Source of the DNA: a virus
Lineage: Duplodnaviria > Heunggongvirae > Uroviricota > Caudoviricetes
DNA length: 64,000 nt
Virus record (IMG/VR): IMGVR_UViG_3300045988_005640
Direction: 5' to 3' (one strand)
A program made the translations under genes and the position numbers. The notes beneath the pieces are model-generated. The model was not told where the DNA came from. It saw nothing but the letters and a program-made list of their open reading frames with translations, and made no database searches. Position 1 is the first letter of the stretch, and each line of letters begins with the position of its first letter. This document shows, one piece after another, positions 14,164 to 33,139 of the stretch.

Positions 14164-15510
14164 ATGAGTTCGAATATCTTCAGACTTGCTGATAGATTAT
14201 TCAACCAACCTTTACTAGCCACTGAATCATTAGCTCACTCAGCAGCAACTTATGTGAATAACAGATTGCTGGGTGATGTCCAAGCAGCAGTAAACTTTGA
14301 TAAACCCAAAGGTGACGCAAGAAGTCTTTTAAAAGTAAAAGATGACATTGCTATTATCCCTATTATGGGTGGTTTAACTCATCGTATGACGTTCATTGAT
14401 GCAATGTGTACAGGTGGATTAAGCTCTTATGAGGGTTTACGTAGAGGCTTTGACGAAGCTTTAGCAGATGAGTCAATCAAGACTATTGTTCTGCATATTG
14501 ATTCTGGTGGTGGTGAAGCTTCAGGTTGCTTTGAATTAGCACGTCACATTATGGCTTCAAGAGGCCAAAAGAAAATTATTGCTTATGTAGATGAGTTCGC
14601 TTGTTCCGCTGCATACGCTCTTGCATCTTCTGCTGAAGAAATTATTGCATCACCAGATGCAGATGTTGGTTCTATTGGTGTAATCATGGTTCATCAGGAA
14701 TTAACTAAGGCATTTGAAAAGAATGGCGTAACAATTAACGTCATCAAAGCTGGTGAGTTTAAAGGTATGGGTTCACCATTCCAAGCACTCTCAGAAGAAA
14801 GCAAAGAAAGACTTCAAAAGAGAATTAATGATACCTACGCAACCTTTACAGGTTTTGTAGCTGAAGCTCGTAATATCTCTGAAGAAGCTGTAAAGAATAC
14901 TGAGGCGAATGTTTATTCTGCTCAGGAAGCTCTTGAACTTGGTTTAATTAACTCAATCATGTCTCAAGATGATTTCTTAAATTACTTACAAGGTTCTGAA
15001 GAGGCTCCTGTAAGTTTAAACGTTAACAATTCAGGTGAAGAAATGACTGAACAAGAAAAGCAAGAACTAGAAGCTTTGCGTCTTCAGGTTGCTCAAATGA
15101 AAGCTAAAGAACAGGAAGCTGCTTTGTCAGATTTGACTAATAAGATTTCTGCTTCTGCTGAAGCTTTTGGGTTTGATGCAAAAGAAGCTGCAACGACTAT
15201 TTTAGGTGCTGGTCTTGATAACCCTCTGAGCGTTCTGTTTATGAATGCTATGGAAGGTGCTAACCAGAAACTTAATGAAACTATCGCGTCCCATGCTTCT
15301 GCAATGGAAGAAAAAGAATCAGAAATTACCAAGCTGAAAGAAACTGCTGGTGCTGTTCTTGAACATTCCAACGCTATGGAAGAAGTGGGTAATGACGGCG
15401 AAGCTGACTTGGTTGAAGAAGAAAAAGAACCAGCTAAAAATGCTTCCGAAGACACCGCTGAACAACGCAAACTGGCTCTCCAGAATGCTCTAAAATCTCT
15501 TATCAAATAA
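14164..15510 (+). CDS. prohead protease (S49/ClpP-type) fused to a scaffold-like acidic coiled-coil domain
   Basis: Motifs IPIMGG, HIDSGGGEASG and catalytic-Ser context FACSAAY; C-terminal 200 aa is an E/K/A-rich predicted coiled coil. Confidence 0.75.
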   Translation: MSSNIFRLADRLFNQPLLATESLAHSAATYVNNRLLGDVQAAVNFDKPKGDARSLLKVKDDIAIIPIMGGLTHRMTFIDAMCTGGLSSYEGLRRGFDEALADESIKTIVLHIDSGGGEASGCFELARHIMASRGQKKIIAYVDEFACSAAYALASSAEEIIASPDADVGSIGVIMVHQELTKAFEKNGVTINVIKAGEFKGMGSPFQALSEESKERLQKRINDTYATFTGFVAEARNISEEAVKNTEANVYSAQEALELGLINSIMSQDDFLNYLQGSEEAPVSLNVNNSGEEMTEQEKQELEALRLQVAQMKAKEQEAALSDLTNKISASAEAFGFDAKEAATTILGAGLDNPLSVLFMNAMEGANQKLNETIASHASAMEEKESEITKLKETAGAVLEHSNAMEEVGNDGEADLVEEEKEPAKNASEDTAEQRKLALQNALKSLIK

Positions 15511-15521
15511 GGAACACAATA

Positions 15522-15899
15522 ATGGCATATCAAGGTTTTACTAAGTTAGGTAACAGAGAACCTCTGAATGATATCATTCTTTGGGAACAGATTACCCCAA
15601 CAGGCCACTCTCGTAAAGAGTACACTCCAGTTGCTTCAACAGAATACCGCGTAGGTGAAGTTCTGAAAGCAGATGGTACTAAGGTACAAGCTGGAGAAGA
15701 AGCCCAAGCAGACTCTGTATGTATCGTTAATTTCTACGCAGACCTGCAACTGTCTTATCATGGTCAGTTGAAAGTGGTAGGTATCCACCGTGATGCAGAA
15801 CTGAAAGACCTGCTAACTCTTGAATCAAGCGTTGATGCTACTGAAGTCAAGAAAGCTCTGGCTGCTAAAGGTATTGATTTCGTACCAACTGGCCTGTAA
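15522..15899 (+). CDS. hypothetical protein (possible head decoration or accessory protein)
   Basis: 125-aa ORF between protease/scaffold and capsid genes. Confidence 0.5.
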   Translation: MAYQGFTKLGNREPLNDIILWEQITPTGHSRKEYTPVASTEYRVGEVLKADGTKVQAGEEAQADSVCIVNFYADLQLSYHGQLKVVGIHRDAELKDLLTLESSVDATEVKKALAAKGIDFVPTGL

Positions 15900-15932
15900 T
15901 AACAATAATAAGACATTCTGGAGAATTTTACA

Positions 15933-17039
15933 ATGTTGACTAATTCTGAAAAAAGCAGATTTTTCCTTGCTGACCTGACTGGTGAAGTCCAGTCTATCCC
16001 AAATACTTATGGGTATATTTCCAACTTAGGTCTGTTCCGTTCAGCACCAATCACCCAAACTACTTTCCTTATGGACTTGACTGATTGGGATGTTAGCTTG
16101 CTTGATGCGGTAGACCGTGATAGCCGTAAAGCAGAGACTAGCGCACCTGAGCGTGTTCGTCAAATCAGCTTCCCAATGATGTACTTCAAAGAAGTTGAAA
16201 GCATTACTCCTGATGAGATTCAGGGTGTACGTCAGCCAGGCACTGCAAACGAACTGACTACTGAAGCTGTAGTACGTGCTAAGAAGCTGATGAAGATTCG
16301 TACCAAGTTCGATATTACTCGTGAGTTCCTGTTTATGCAAGCTCTGAAGGGTAAAGTTGTTGATGCTCGTGGTACTCTGTATGCTGACCTGTACAAGCAG
16401 TTCGACGTTGAGAAGAAGACTATTTACTTCGACCTTGACAATCCTAATGCTGACATTGACGCTGCTATTGAAGAACTGCGTATGCACATGGAAGACGAAG
16501 CTAAGACTGGCACTGTAATCAACGGTGAAGAAATTCACGTAGTTGTTGACCGCTTATTCTTCAGCAAACTGGTTAAACACCCTAAGATTCGTGACGCTTA
16601 TCTTGCACAGCAGACTCCGCTGGCTTGGCAACAGATTACTGGTTCTCTGAGAACTGGTGGTACTGACGGCGTTCAGGCTCACATGAACACTTTCTACTAC
16701 GGTGGTGTTAAGTTTGTCCAGTACAACGGTAAGTTCAAAGACAAGCGTGGTAAGGTTCACACTCTGGTGAGTATTGATAGTGTAGCAGCAACTGTTGGTG
16801 TAGGTCATGCTTTCCCTAACGTTTCTATGCTGGGTGAAGCAAACAACATCTTCGAAGTGGCATATGGTCCATGTCCTAAGATGGGTTATGCAAATACACT
16901 TGGTCAGGAACTGTACGTATTCGAATACGAAAAAGACCGTGACGAAGGTATTGACTTTGAAGCTCACTCTTACATGCTGCCATACTGCACACGTCCTCAG
17001 TTGCTGGTAGACGTTCGTTCTGACGCTAAACCAGACTAA
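15933..17039 (+). CDS. major capsid protein (putative)
   Basis: 368 aa, strong RBS, directly downstream of protease/scaffold; assignment is by position and size only. Confidence 0.6.
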   Translation: MLTNSEKSRFFLADLTGEVQSIPNTYGYISNLGLFRSAPITQTTFLMDLTDWDVSLLDAVDRDSRKAETSAPERVRQISFPMMYFKEVESITPDEIQGVRQPGTANELTTEAVVRAKKLMKIRTKFDITREFLFMQALKGKVVDARGTLYADLYKQFDVEKKTIYFDLDNPNADIDAAIEELRMHMEDEAKTGTVINGEEIHVVVDRLFFSKLVKHPKIRDAYLAQQTPLAWQQITGSLRTGGTDGVQAHMNTFYYGGVKFVQYNGKFKDKRGKVHTLVSIDSVAATVGVGHAFPNVSMLGEANNIFEVAYGPCPKMGYANTLGQELYVFEYEKDRDEGIDFEAHSYMLPYCTRPQLLVDVRSDAKPD

Positions 17040-17060
17040 TATTCTTAAGGAGGGTTATGA

Positions 17061-17510
17061 ATGTGCTATACAGGCGACCCAGCCAATAACCCTCTTGATA
17101 GAGTAAGAATCCTCTGCACAGACACCAATAATGATGAAATTCTTATTGAACAGTCTGTGCTAGAGTGGTTCTATCTAGAATCTGGAAAGGATGAAAAGAA
17201 AGCAGCCATCAAAGCTCTTAAATATTTACTCTTTCAAGTAGCCAAGATGGGAGATGAGAAGGTTGGTGGTGTTTATTTACGTAACTCTTCCAGATTCAAA
17301 TCTCTGAAAGCTGTTTATGACGACCTTGTTAAAAGCTCTGTTTCAGGACTACCCTATGCAGGTGGTATTAATCAGTGTGATATTGACATGCGTCGTCAGA
17401 ATCCTTGCTCTGTCAAGAAATACACAGAATATGGTGATGCTGCCAGATACGAAGGCAGAGATTACTGCAACCGTGTTAATGGCGTATTTATTATCGAGCG
17501 AGATGAATAA
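17061..17510 (+). CDS. hypothetical head-tail joining protein
   Basis: 149-aa ORF with RBS AAGGAGG (17047-17053); neck-module position. Confidence 0.5.
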   Translation: MCYTGDPANNPLDRVRILCTDTNNDEILIEQSVLEWFYLESGKDEKKAAIKALKYLLFQVAKMGDEKVGGVYLRNSSRFKSLKAVYDDLVKSSVSGLPYAGGINQCDIDMRRQNPCSVKKYTEYGDAARYEGRDYCNRVNGVFIIERDE

Positions 17511-17992
17511 TGGTTAAAAGGGTTATTCACCCCGCGAGAGCAAAATTAGTCGGGGCTATGAAGAACTTGCAAACGGCTAATGCTCAAGTTGGGTATTTTC
17601 AAGAACAAGGTCAACATAGCTCTGGTTTTTCTTATCCTGCTTTAATGTATTTACAAGAAGTTATTGGGGTTCCTTCAGCTTCTGGTAAAGTATATCGTAG
17701 GTTGTTTGAAATCACTATGATGCTAAACAAACAGACCTTGTTAGAGCAGACTAAGAAGAATCTATATAAGCAACTTAGCAGTCTCAACACAGACCCTTCA
17801 AATACCTTAGAAGCATTTGCAAAGAATGCTCAAAAGGCAATTAAAAGGGGTTTTGGTAATTCTGCTATCCTCCCTCCTAACGCACCTTCCACAGTCAAGA
17901 AAAAAGGCTTTAACGCACCTCTTGTTGAGACAGGTGACTTAAGAGATAACCTTGCTTATAAAATTTCTACTAAGAAGGGTATTAAGAAATGA
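17510..17992 (+). CDS. hypothetical neck/head-completion protein
   Basis: 160-aa ORF, ATGA start/stop overlap with the upstream gene. Confidence 0.5.
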   Translation: MVKRVIHPARAKLVGAMKNLQTANAQVGYFQEQGQHSSGFSYPALMYLQEVIGVPSASGKVYRRLFEITMMLNKQTLLEQTKKNLYKQLSSLNTDPSNTLEAFAKNAQKAIKRGFGNSAILPPNAPSTVKKKGFNAPLVETGDLRDNLAYKISTKKGIKK

Positions 17993-18390
17993 GACTCTTA
18001 AACAGACACAGCTTTGTAGTAAAGCGTAAAGTCTCTGAAGACGGTTATTATAACGATGATGGTGATTGGGTAGCTTCACAAGATATTGTAGAGGTTAACT
18101 GTAAAGGTAATATCCAGCCATACATCAAAGGTTCTGTAAAGAATGGTACACAGATTGCTTTACCGGAAGGTATCAGGCTTACCGATACAAGAATCCTGTA
18201 TACCACATATAAACTTAGAACTTCAGATGATGTAGAGTGGAATGAGTCTGATATTGTTATGATTGATGGTCATGAGTATGAAGTATTTATGACTATGGAT
18301 TGGTCACAACAATTAGCCCATACGTCCCATTATGAATATATCATTATTAGAAGGGATAAAATGAATGCAGTTAGAAACAGCAGAACTTGA
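17989..18390 (+). CDS. hypothetical neck protein
   Basis: 133-aa ORF, overlapping coupling. Confidence 0.5.
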   Translation: MRLLNRHSFVVKRKVSEDGYYNDDGDWVASQDIVEVNCKGNIQPYIKGSVKNGTQIALPEGIRLTDTRILYTTYKLRTSDDVEWNESDIVMIDGHEYEVFMTMDWSQQLAHTSHYEYIIIRRDKMNAVRNSRT

Positions 18391-18964
18391 AAAAGGTCTA
18401 GTTAGAACCTTAGTGGATGTTATTGGTCACAGATTAGCTCGTGATAAAAATAATAGGCCAAACGTAATTAGGGCTTACCCTTCTGATAACTCAAATGACA
18501 AAGGTTTAAAACCTGACCAGCCATTTATCACCGTATATTGTCAGGATGCTGCAACACCTTATGGTTGGGTTCTTGATAAGTTTGTTGAGGATGATGTAGT
18601 TTGCTACAGAATTGCTTTTCAGATTCCAGTATTAATTACGGTGAATGGTAAAGGTGCTCACAGTATTATGCTTGAGCTTAAACAACGATTAGAGATGAGT
18701 TCAGTCAGAGATTTAATCCTTGAAGAAACAGGAGCTACAGTACTGGACACTGGAGCAATCCCAAATGATTACACTTATCTCAATACAGATTTCGAAAATT
18801 CTGCACCTCTTGTTGTAACTCTTGTAAAAAACTCAGTCCTGAAAGATGAACGTGGAAGTATTATTGAGCGTGTCATTGTTGATGGTGAGTTAGTTTATGA
18901 AGAAGGACAAGAGCCACCAGAATATATTATCCATCTAGATGTAGACTCCAAAGGGGTAAAATAA
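18365..18964 (+). CDS. hypothetical tail-completion protein
   Basis: 199-aa ORF immediately upstream of the sheath gene. Confidence 0.5.
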   Translation: MQLETAELEKGLVRTLVDVIGHRLARDKNNRPNVIRAYPSDNSNDKGLKPDQPFITVYCQDAATPYGWVLDKFVEDDVVCYRIAFQIPVLITVNGKGAHSIMLELKQRLEMSSVRDLILEETGATVLDTGAIPNDYTYLNTDFENSAPLVVTLVKNSVLKDERGSIIERVIVDGELVYEEGQEPPEYIIHLDVDSKGVK

Positions 18965-20317
18965 ATGTGGAATCCAATTGTTAATGTAGATATTACATTG
19001 AACACCGCAGGAACTACAAGAGAAGGTTTTGGTTTGCCACTATTCTTAGCTTCAACAGATAACTTTGAAGAAAGAGTCCGTGGTTACACTTCCTTAACTG
19101 AAGTTGCTGAAGATTTCGATGAAAACTCTGCTGCATATAAGGCTGCTAAACAACTTTGGAGTCAGACTCCTAAAGTAACTCAGCTTTATATTGGTAGACG
19201 TGCTATGCAGTACACTGTATCAATTCCTGATGCCGTTACCGAAAGTACAGACTACTCAATTACTGTAGCTGCTGGCGGTGGAATTTCTCAACCATACCAG
19301 TACACAGCACAAGATTCAGACACTGCTGAGGTAGTGTTGCAACAGTTTAAAACACAGATTGAAGCTGACCCAACAATCAAAGATAAGGTTTCTGTGAATG
19401 TAACTGGTAGCAATGGCTCTGCCACAATGATTATTACCAAAGCTGGTGATAATGACTTTGTGAAAGTAACAACCACAGCACAGACTGTACATATTGCAAG
19501 TACAACTGCCGATACAGCATCAACTGCTCTGGCAGCTATCGAAGCTTATTCTACCGACTGGTATTTCATTGCAGCAGAAGACAGAACTCAACAGTTTGTC
19601 TTAGCAATGGCTTCTGAGATTCAGGCTCGCAAGAAAATCTTCTTTACAGCTAACTCTGATGTAGCAGCACTGCAAGGGACAGAATTAGCCAGTGCAAATG
19701 ATGTTCCAGCACAGCTTGCTAAGAATATGTACACTCGCACAGTTTGCTTGTGGCATCACGCAGCAGCAGAAGATTACCCAGAGATGGCATACATTGCTTA
19801 TGGTGCTCCATATGATGCAGGTTCAATTGCTTGGGGTAATGCTCAGCTAACTGGTGTAGCAGCTTCTCTACAACCTTCTAATCAGAGACCTCTGACAAGT
19901 ATTCAGAAGTCAGCTTTAGATGCACGTCACTGTAACTTTATTGACCTTGATGGTGGTGTTCCAGTGGTTCGTAGAGGGATTACTTCTGGTGGGGAATGGA
20001 TTGATATCATCCGTGGTGTTGACTGGTTAGAATCAGACCTGAAAACTTCTCTGAGAGACTTGCTAATTAACCAGAAGGGTGGTAAGATTACTTATGATGA
20101 TACTGGTATTACCCGTATTCGTCAAGTCATTGAAACCTCTCTGCAAAGAGCAGTCAACAGAAACTTCCTGTCATCTTACACAGTTAATGTTCCTAAAGCC
20201 TCTCAAGTTGCTTTGGCAGACAAGAAAGCTCGTATCCTGAAAGATGTTACCTTCGCAGGTATCTTAGCAGGGGCTATCTTGGATGTTGACTTGAAAGGTA
20301 CAGTGGCTTACGAATAA
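18965..20317 (+). CDS. tail sheath protein (putative)
   Basis: 450 aa, first of the sheath/tube pair upstream of chaperones and tape measure; positional call. Confidence 0.55.
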   Translation: MWNPIVNVDITLNTAGTTREGFGLPLFLASTDNFEERVRGYTSLTEVAEDFDENSAAYKAAKQLWSQTPKVTQLYIGRRAMQYTVSIPDAVTESTDYSITVAAGGGISQPYQYTAQDSDTAEVVLQQFKTQIEADPTIKDKVSVNVTGSNGSATMIITKAGDNDFVKVTTTAQTVHIASTTADTASTALAAIEAYSTDWYFIAAEDRTQQFVLAMASEIQARKKIFFTANSDVAALQGTELASANDVPAQLAKNMYTRTVCLWHHAAAEDYPEMAYIAYGAPYDAGSIAWGNAQLTGVAASLQPSNQRPLTSIQKSALDARHCNFIDLDGGVPVVRRGITSGGEWIDIIRGVDWLESDLKTSLRDLLINQKGGKITYDDTGITRIRQVIETSLQRAVNRNFLSSYTVNVPKASQVALADKKARILKDVTFAGILAGAILDVDLKGTVAYE

Positions 20318-20332
20318 TAGAGGTAAATTGGA

Positions 20333-20779
20333 ATGGCTATGTATCAGCAATATTCCCCTAAAGACGTTGTATGTAGCTGGAATGGTATTGCCATTGAAGG
20401 CTTTGCCCCAGATTCATTCTTACGTCTACAGAGAACATCACCACTTGTGACACCAGTTGTTGGTGCAGGTGGTCAGGTTGCTCTGACAAGAAATGCAGAC
20501 AAGACAGGTACTATTGAGATTGAGCTAATGCAGACTTCTCTCTCTAACCAGATGCTTTCTGCAATTCAAGCTAAACAAGACAATATGGAACTTGAAGAAG
20601 ATATCTCTTCTAACTTCGTAATCTACGACCCATCAGGCTCTGTTCTGGCAACCGGTATTAATGCTTGGTTGCAGGAATTACCACAGATTGAACTTGGTCG
20701 TGACCAGAACTCTAAAACTTGGATTTTTGGTTGTGAGAAGCTAGACTACACTTCTACAATTCCAGCGTCAAGTGTTTAA
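20333..20779 (+). CDS. tail tube protein (putative)
   Basis: 148-aa ORF after the sheath, followed by a strong terminator. Confidence 0.5.
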   Translation: MAMYQQYSPKDVVCSWNGIAIEGFAPDSFLRLQRTSPLVTPVVGAGGQVALTRNADKTGTIEIELMQTSLSNQMLSAIQAKQDNMELEEDISSNFVIYDPSGSVLATGINAWLQELPQIELGRDQNSKTWIFGCEKLDYTSTIPASSV

Positions 20780-20791
20780 TAAATCCTATAA

Positions 20792-20824
20792 GGGGGAGAC
20801 TTTAAAAGGTCTTCCCCTTTTTTG
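20792..20824 (+). terminator. rho-independent terminator
   Basis: Stem GGGGGAGAC / GTCTTCCCC with loop TTTAAAAG, then TTTTTT. Confidence 0.7.
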
Positions 20825-20852
20825 TTTCTTTTAAAAGTATTAAGGAATCACA

Positions 20853-21251
20853 ATGAAAACAGAATCTAGAGTAATTAATGGCAAGAAAGTAAATATCGTT
20901 CTGCTTGGGGCAAGAGATGGTATTAAGATGTCTATGAAGTTGGGTAAAATTGTTGTTCCAACTTTTGCACAGATGCTGTCAAGTCTGACTGACAAGGGTA
21001 AGAAAGAAGCTCCAATGGTTCCATTTAAAGAACTTGTTGAAGCTTGTTTTGACAGAATTGAAGAAATTAACCTTGAAGAAATGGCTACCCTGTTATTTCA
21101 AGGGGCAACTGTTGATGACTTCCCACTTAATATTGATACATACTTCCAAGCAAACTATGGTGAATTTATTGATTACTTAGCATTTGCGCTGGAGGCAAAC
21201 TTCGGAAGTTTTTTCGAAGCAAGCATTTTCAAAAGCCTAACTTCTCAGTAA
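20853..21251 (+). CDS. tail assembly chaperone (putative)
   Basis: 132-aa acidic ORF between tube and tape measure. Confidence 0.45.
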   Translation: MKTESRVINGKKVNIVLLGARDGIKMSMKLGKIVVPTFAQMLSSLTDKGKKEAPMVPFKELVEACFDRIEEINLEEMATLLFQGATVDDFPLNIDTYFQANYGEFIDYLAFALEANFGSFFEASIFKSLTSQ

Positions 21252-21253
21252 AC

Positions 21254-21492
21254 ATGGGTAACACTCTACAGACACCACTAACTGATGCTGCTGTAGAGGC
21301 AACCTATGAAGAAGCAGACGAGATGAAATTTGTGCTTGCTATTTATGGTATGGAAGGGTGTAAAGAAACACTTGACCAACTCTTTGCTATGACATTCTCT
21401 GATTTATTATCATTGAGACAATTTCTTGAAATTCAGAGGTCGTATAAAGAGGAAATTGCTTACAACGAACTTAGAAGAGCAGGAAAAATGTA

Positions 21493-21493
<1 letters not shown>
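21254..21493 (+). CDS. tail assembly protein (putative)
   Basis: 79-aa ORF directly upstream of the tape measure gene; no overlap or slippery site seen. Confidence 0.4.
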
Positions 21494-29521
<8,028 letters not shown>

Positions 29522-29523
29522 TA

Positions 29524-30711
29524 ATGGCGGTAGGTGAAATTCAAATTAGTGCCTTGCCTCAAGCAGCCTTACCAATTGACCTTAGTGATATCTTCCATCT
29601 TAAGCAGGGTATTGAGGATAAGAGATGTACTCTTGAGCAATTACTTGCTCCACACTCAAGCCTAAGAAATAACCCTCATGGTGTTACTAAAACACAAATT
29701 GGTTTAGATAACGTTATCAATGCTCTTCAGTTAGTTGCTGCAAATAACTTATCAGACGTTACTAATGTAGCTCAGGCAAGAGCAAATCTACAGATTATGT
29801 CTTCAGAAGAGGTTAATAATCTTGTTCAACAGCATATTCAGGACAAGAGCAACCCACATAATACAACTAAGGCACAGGTAGGATTGAGTAATGTTCAGAA
29901 CTGGACAACATCTAACCTTTATAACGAAGATGCAGATAAGTATGCTACAGCAAGAGCAGTAAATAACTTGTACAAGGCTGTTCAGGCTTCCTATCCAGTA
30001 GGTACTATCCATCTTTCCATGAACTCTGCAAACCCTTCTACATATTTAATTTGTGGAGGTACTTGGGAGTTAGTTTCAAAGGGTAGAGCATTGGTTGGTT
30101 ATGACTCTGACACAAGACCAGCAGGTTCTGTATTTGGTGCTTCAACTGTCACTTTGTCAGTTAATAACATGCCTCAACACTCTCACTCTGTGTCTCTTAG
30201 TGGTGGTGGTCATACTCATAATGCAACTGTGTCAATTTCAGCTTTTGACTATGGAACTAAGACTACCAACTCTTTTGACTATGGAACTAAGACCACTAAC
30301 ACAACTGGTAACCATAACCATGTTGGTAGTGGGTCAACAAGTTCTGCTGGTGCTCATAACCACAGATTGACCTATGAAGCAGGCGGTGGCCTATCGGAAA
30401 GACCTGCAATGGTTTGGTCTACAAGGAATGACCAATCATGGTACTCAGCAGATGCTGTCTGTGAAGTAGCTGGTGCACACACCCACTCTTTCAGTGTTAC
30501 CACTAATACAACTGGTAACCACAACCATACAGTTGGTATTGGTGCTCACAGCCATACAGTTGGTATTGGTTCACATACACACAATGGCACTGTAACAGTT
30601 TCTTCTTCTGAGCATACGCATAGCGGGAACACTAACAGTGTTGGTGGTGGACAAGCTTTTAACATTGAGCAGCCATCCTTCGTACTGTATGTATGGCAGA
30701 GAACAGCTTAA
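29524..30711 (+). CDS. tail fibre protein with phage tail-collar domain and C-terminal His-X-His repeat region
   Basis: Tail-collar-like segment (PSTYLICGGTW..NNMPQHSHSV) followed by repeated GNHNH/AHTHS/AHSHT/SHTHN/EHTHS motifs; tandem FDYGTKTTN duplication. Confidence 0.7.
   Translation: MAVGEIQISALPQAALPIDLSDIFHLKQGIEDKRCTLEQLLAPHSSLRNNPHGVTKTQIGLDNVINALQLVAANNLSDVTNVAQARANLQIMSSEEVNNLVQQHIQDKSNPHNTTKAQVGLSNVQNWTTSNLYNEDADKYATARAVNNLYKAVQASYPVGTIHLSMNSANPSTYLICGGTWELVSKGRALVGYDSDTRPAGSVFGASTVTLSVNNMPQHSHSVSLSGGGHTHNATVSISAFDYGTKTTNSFDYGTKTTNTTGNHNHVGSGSTSSAGAHNHRLTYEAGGGLSERPAMVWSTRNDQSWYSADAVCEVAGAHTHSFSVTTNTTGNHNHTVGIGAHSHTVGIGSHTHNGTVTVSSSEHTHSGNTNSVGGGQAFNIEQPSFVLYVWQRTA
30241..30300 (+). 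repeat. tandem direct repeat, 2 x 30 bp (27/30 identical) inside the tail-fibre gene
   Basis: GCTTTTGACTATGGAACTAAGACTACCAAC / TCTTTTGACTATGGAACTAAGACCACTAAC, encoding AFDYGTKTTN-SFDYGTKTTN. Confidence 0.85.
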
Positions 30712-30720
30712 TTTCTTTAC

Positions 30721-30741
30721 AGGGGCTTGATAGCCCCTTTT
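30721..30741 (+). terminator. rho-independent terminator
   Basis: Stem AGGGGC/GCCCCT with loop TTGATA, then TTTT. Confidence 0.55.
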
Positions 30742-30757
30742 AAGAGGAAAATTTATA

Positions 30758-33139
30758 ATGGCAGATTACAAGTTGAGTGAATTAAACTCAATCGATACAA
30801 TCCGTTCAGACGACCTTCTTCATGTCAGGGTTAAAAAGAGACCTGAAATGCTGGGTGATGAAGACCGTCGAATGACCTATCAAGACTTCTTAGCATCTTT
30901 TAAACTTGAAAGATTTGTTCAGATTGCTGGTAGCACTATGGCGGGTGACTTAGGGATTGTTAAGCTACTTTATGGTGGTAAGGTAGTATTTGACCCTACA
31001 GGCTCTTCTGAGATTAATATTGGGGATGTTTTAAAGACTTTTAAAATTAACGCAAATGGTCTTAAACTAACTATTGCAGATGCTTCAAGGTCAGCAACTG
31101 TTTACCATACTCTGAATAAACCAAGTCCTAATGAGCTTGGGATGAGAACTAATGAAGAGAATGATGCGAGATACGCAAGGCTTGCTGTTACAAATAACTT
31201 CAGCATTAGACAAGCAATTGTAACTGATGGTGAGCAGTTAACCCTTAAGAAAGCAACCAATGCAGGTGCTTCATATATTCAAGGTAGGGATGCTAATAAC
31301 CAGCAAACTTGGTATGTTGGACAAGGAAATGCAAACAATACTAATGTCTATTTGTACAATCATGCCACTGGCTCAATGTTGACACTTGATGCAACAGCAT
31401 CGTTTAACAAGACACTAAGAGTTATGGGTCAAGTTCAACCTTCTGACTTCTCTAACTTAGATGCTAGGTACTTCACTCAGACAGTGGCTAATCAGAGATT
31501 TGCACAGTTAAATGCTAGTAATGTTCTTTATGGTGCTAATACATTTAAAAAAGATGTTGTATTTAACTCAGATATCCCTGTCATTCTTAAGAATCTAACA
31601 GCTAACAAACCATTATATATTCTAGGTAGAGATGACCAAAACTCCAACTTGTGGTTTGTTGGTAAAGGTGGTTCGGGGACAGAGATTAAATTTTATAACT
31701 ACTCTAGTGATACGGTTTTAGAGTTGTCTGAGACGGCAAGATTTAATAAAACTTTGAGGATTACTGGTCAAGTTCAACCTTCTGATTGGACTAACATTGA
31801 CTCTAGATACATTCCAGCAGCCACTTTGAGTAATCTTGCTAAACTTAATGTGGCAAACACTTTCGTGAATGTGCAGACTATCGTATCAAATAACGAAGGT
31901 TTAGTATTAAGAAACTTGACACAGGGGCAACCACTATATATCCGTGGTGTGGATACCGCGAACGTATCGAGGTGGTGGTTAGGTGTAGGTGGCGCAAACT
32001 CTAATGTGGTAACCTTAAACAATAGTTACTCTGGTACTCAAATTGCCCTTGAACCATCAGCAATTGTTGCGAATAAGAATTTAGCCATTACTGGTAAAGT
32101 TCAACCTTCTGATTGGTCTAACTTAGATGCTAGATATTTTGTTAAAACTCAGTTATTAAACCAATCTTTAATGACTGTCTCTGTAGATAACCTTGGAAAC
32201 CCTTCAGGTTTTAATCTTGGATATTCAGGTTTTGTCAGAAACAATGCGGTTACTAGTGGACTGAAAGAATTGGCAATTCATGTTGCGCACTCTAATAAGA
32301 CTGCTGCACATGCAAGAGGAATCTCTTTTGTGTATGGCTCAAATGGACTGGCAACATTTACCTATGCCTATGACAAAAATGGTGACTATGCTGGAGAAGC
32401 ACAGATTTATACAACTGATTTTAAACCAACCCCTTCAGATATTGGTGCATACACTAAAGCTGAAACTGACCAGAAGATTGCACAGGCAGTAAGTGACTCT
32501 ACAGACCTTAACAAAATCTATCCAGTAGGTATTGTAACGTGGTTTAACAGTAACGTTAACCCTAATACAGCACTTCCTGGTCTAACTTGGACGTACCTGA
32601 ACAATGGTGTTGGTAGAACTATCAGGATTGCAGCAGCAAATGGTTCAGATGTTGCTACAACAGGTGGTTCAGACTCTGTGACGTTAGCTGTTGGTAACTT
32701 ACCTTCACACACTCATAGCTTCTCTGCTACCACTTCATCTTTTGATTATGGTACGAAGAGCACTAATAGTACTGGTGGTCATACTCACTCTGTAAGTGGT
32801 ACAACAAGTGCTGCTGGTAACCACGCTCACCACTTAGGTCTGCTATTGGTTAATGGTGGTGATGCTCAGTACGGTTATACAACTGTTAGCAATAACAAGA
32901 CAAGAACTCTTGACTGGCTTGACAGAACTGATAACAAATTCCCTAACACTAACACAACTGGTAACCATACACACACATGGTCTGGTACTACAAGTAACAC
33001 TGGTGCTCACACCCACTCTGTAGGTATCGGTGCTCACACTCATACAGTTAGTGGTAACACTGGTGGTACAGGTTCTGGTTCAGCATTTAGTGTTACTAAC
33101 CAGTTCTACAAGTTAATGGCTTGGGTAAGAACTGCTTAA
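30758..33139 (+). CDS. long tail fibre protein with three internal domain repeats, tail-collar domain and C-terminal His-X-His repeats
   Basis: 793 aa; three copies of ..FNKTLR(V/I)xGQVQPSD(F/W)(S/T)N(L/I)D(A/S)RY..; tail-collar-like [11 protein letters not shown]; HTHS/NHAHH/NHTHT/AHTHS/AHTHT repeats; same C-terminal ending (..WVRTA / ..WQRTA) as the upstream fibre. Confidence 0.75.
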   Translation: MADYKLSELNSIDTIRSDDLLHVRVKKRPEMLGDEDRRMTYQDFLASFKLERFVQIAGSTMAGDLGIVKLLYGGKVVFDPTGSSEINIGDVLKTFKINANGLKLTIADASRSATVYHTLNKPSPNELGMRTNEENDARYARLAVTNNFSIRQAIVTDGEQLTLKKATNAGASYIQGRDANNQQTWYVGQGNANNTNVYLYNHATGSMLTLDATASFNKTLRVMGQVQPSDFSNLDARYFTQTVANQRFAQLNASNVLYGANTFKKDVVFNSDIPVILKNLTANKPLYILGRDDQNSNLWFVGKGGSGTEIKFYNYSSDTVLELSETARFNKTLRITGQVQPSDWTNIDSRYIPAATLSNLAKLNVANTFVNVQTIVSNNEGLVLRNLTQGQPLYIRGVDTANVSRWWLGVGGANSNVVTLNNSYSGTQIALEPSAIVANKNLAITGKVQPSDWSNLDARYFVKTQLLNQSLMTVSVDNLGNPSGFNLGYSGFVRNNAVTSGLKELAIHVAHSNKTAAHARGISFVYGSNGLATFTYAYDKNGDYAGEAQIYTTDFKPTPSDIGAYTKAETDQKIAQAVSDSTDLNKIYPVGIVTWFNSNVNPNTALPGLTWTYLNNGVGRTIRIAAANGSDVATTGGSDSVTLAVGNLPSHTHSFSATTSSFDYGTKSTNSTGGHTHSVSGTTSAAGNHAHHLGLLLVNGGDAQYGYTTVSNNKTRTLDWLDRTDNKFPNTNTTGNHTHTWSGTTSNTGAHTHSVGIGAHTHTVSGNTGGTGSGSAFSVTNQFYKLMAWVRTA
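31380..32160 (+). repeat. three tandem intragenic repeats (period about 340 bp) in the long tail-fibre gene
   Basis: Repeat cores start near 31400, 31738 and 32075 (GTTCAACCTTCTGA(C/T)T..). Confidence 0.7.
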
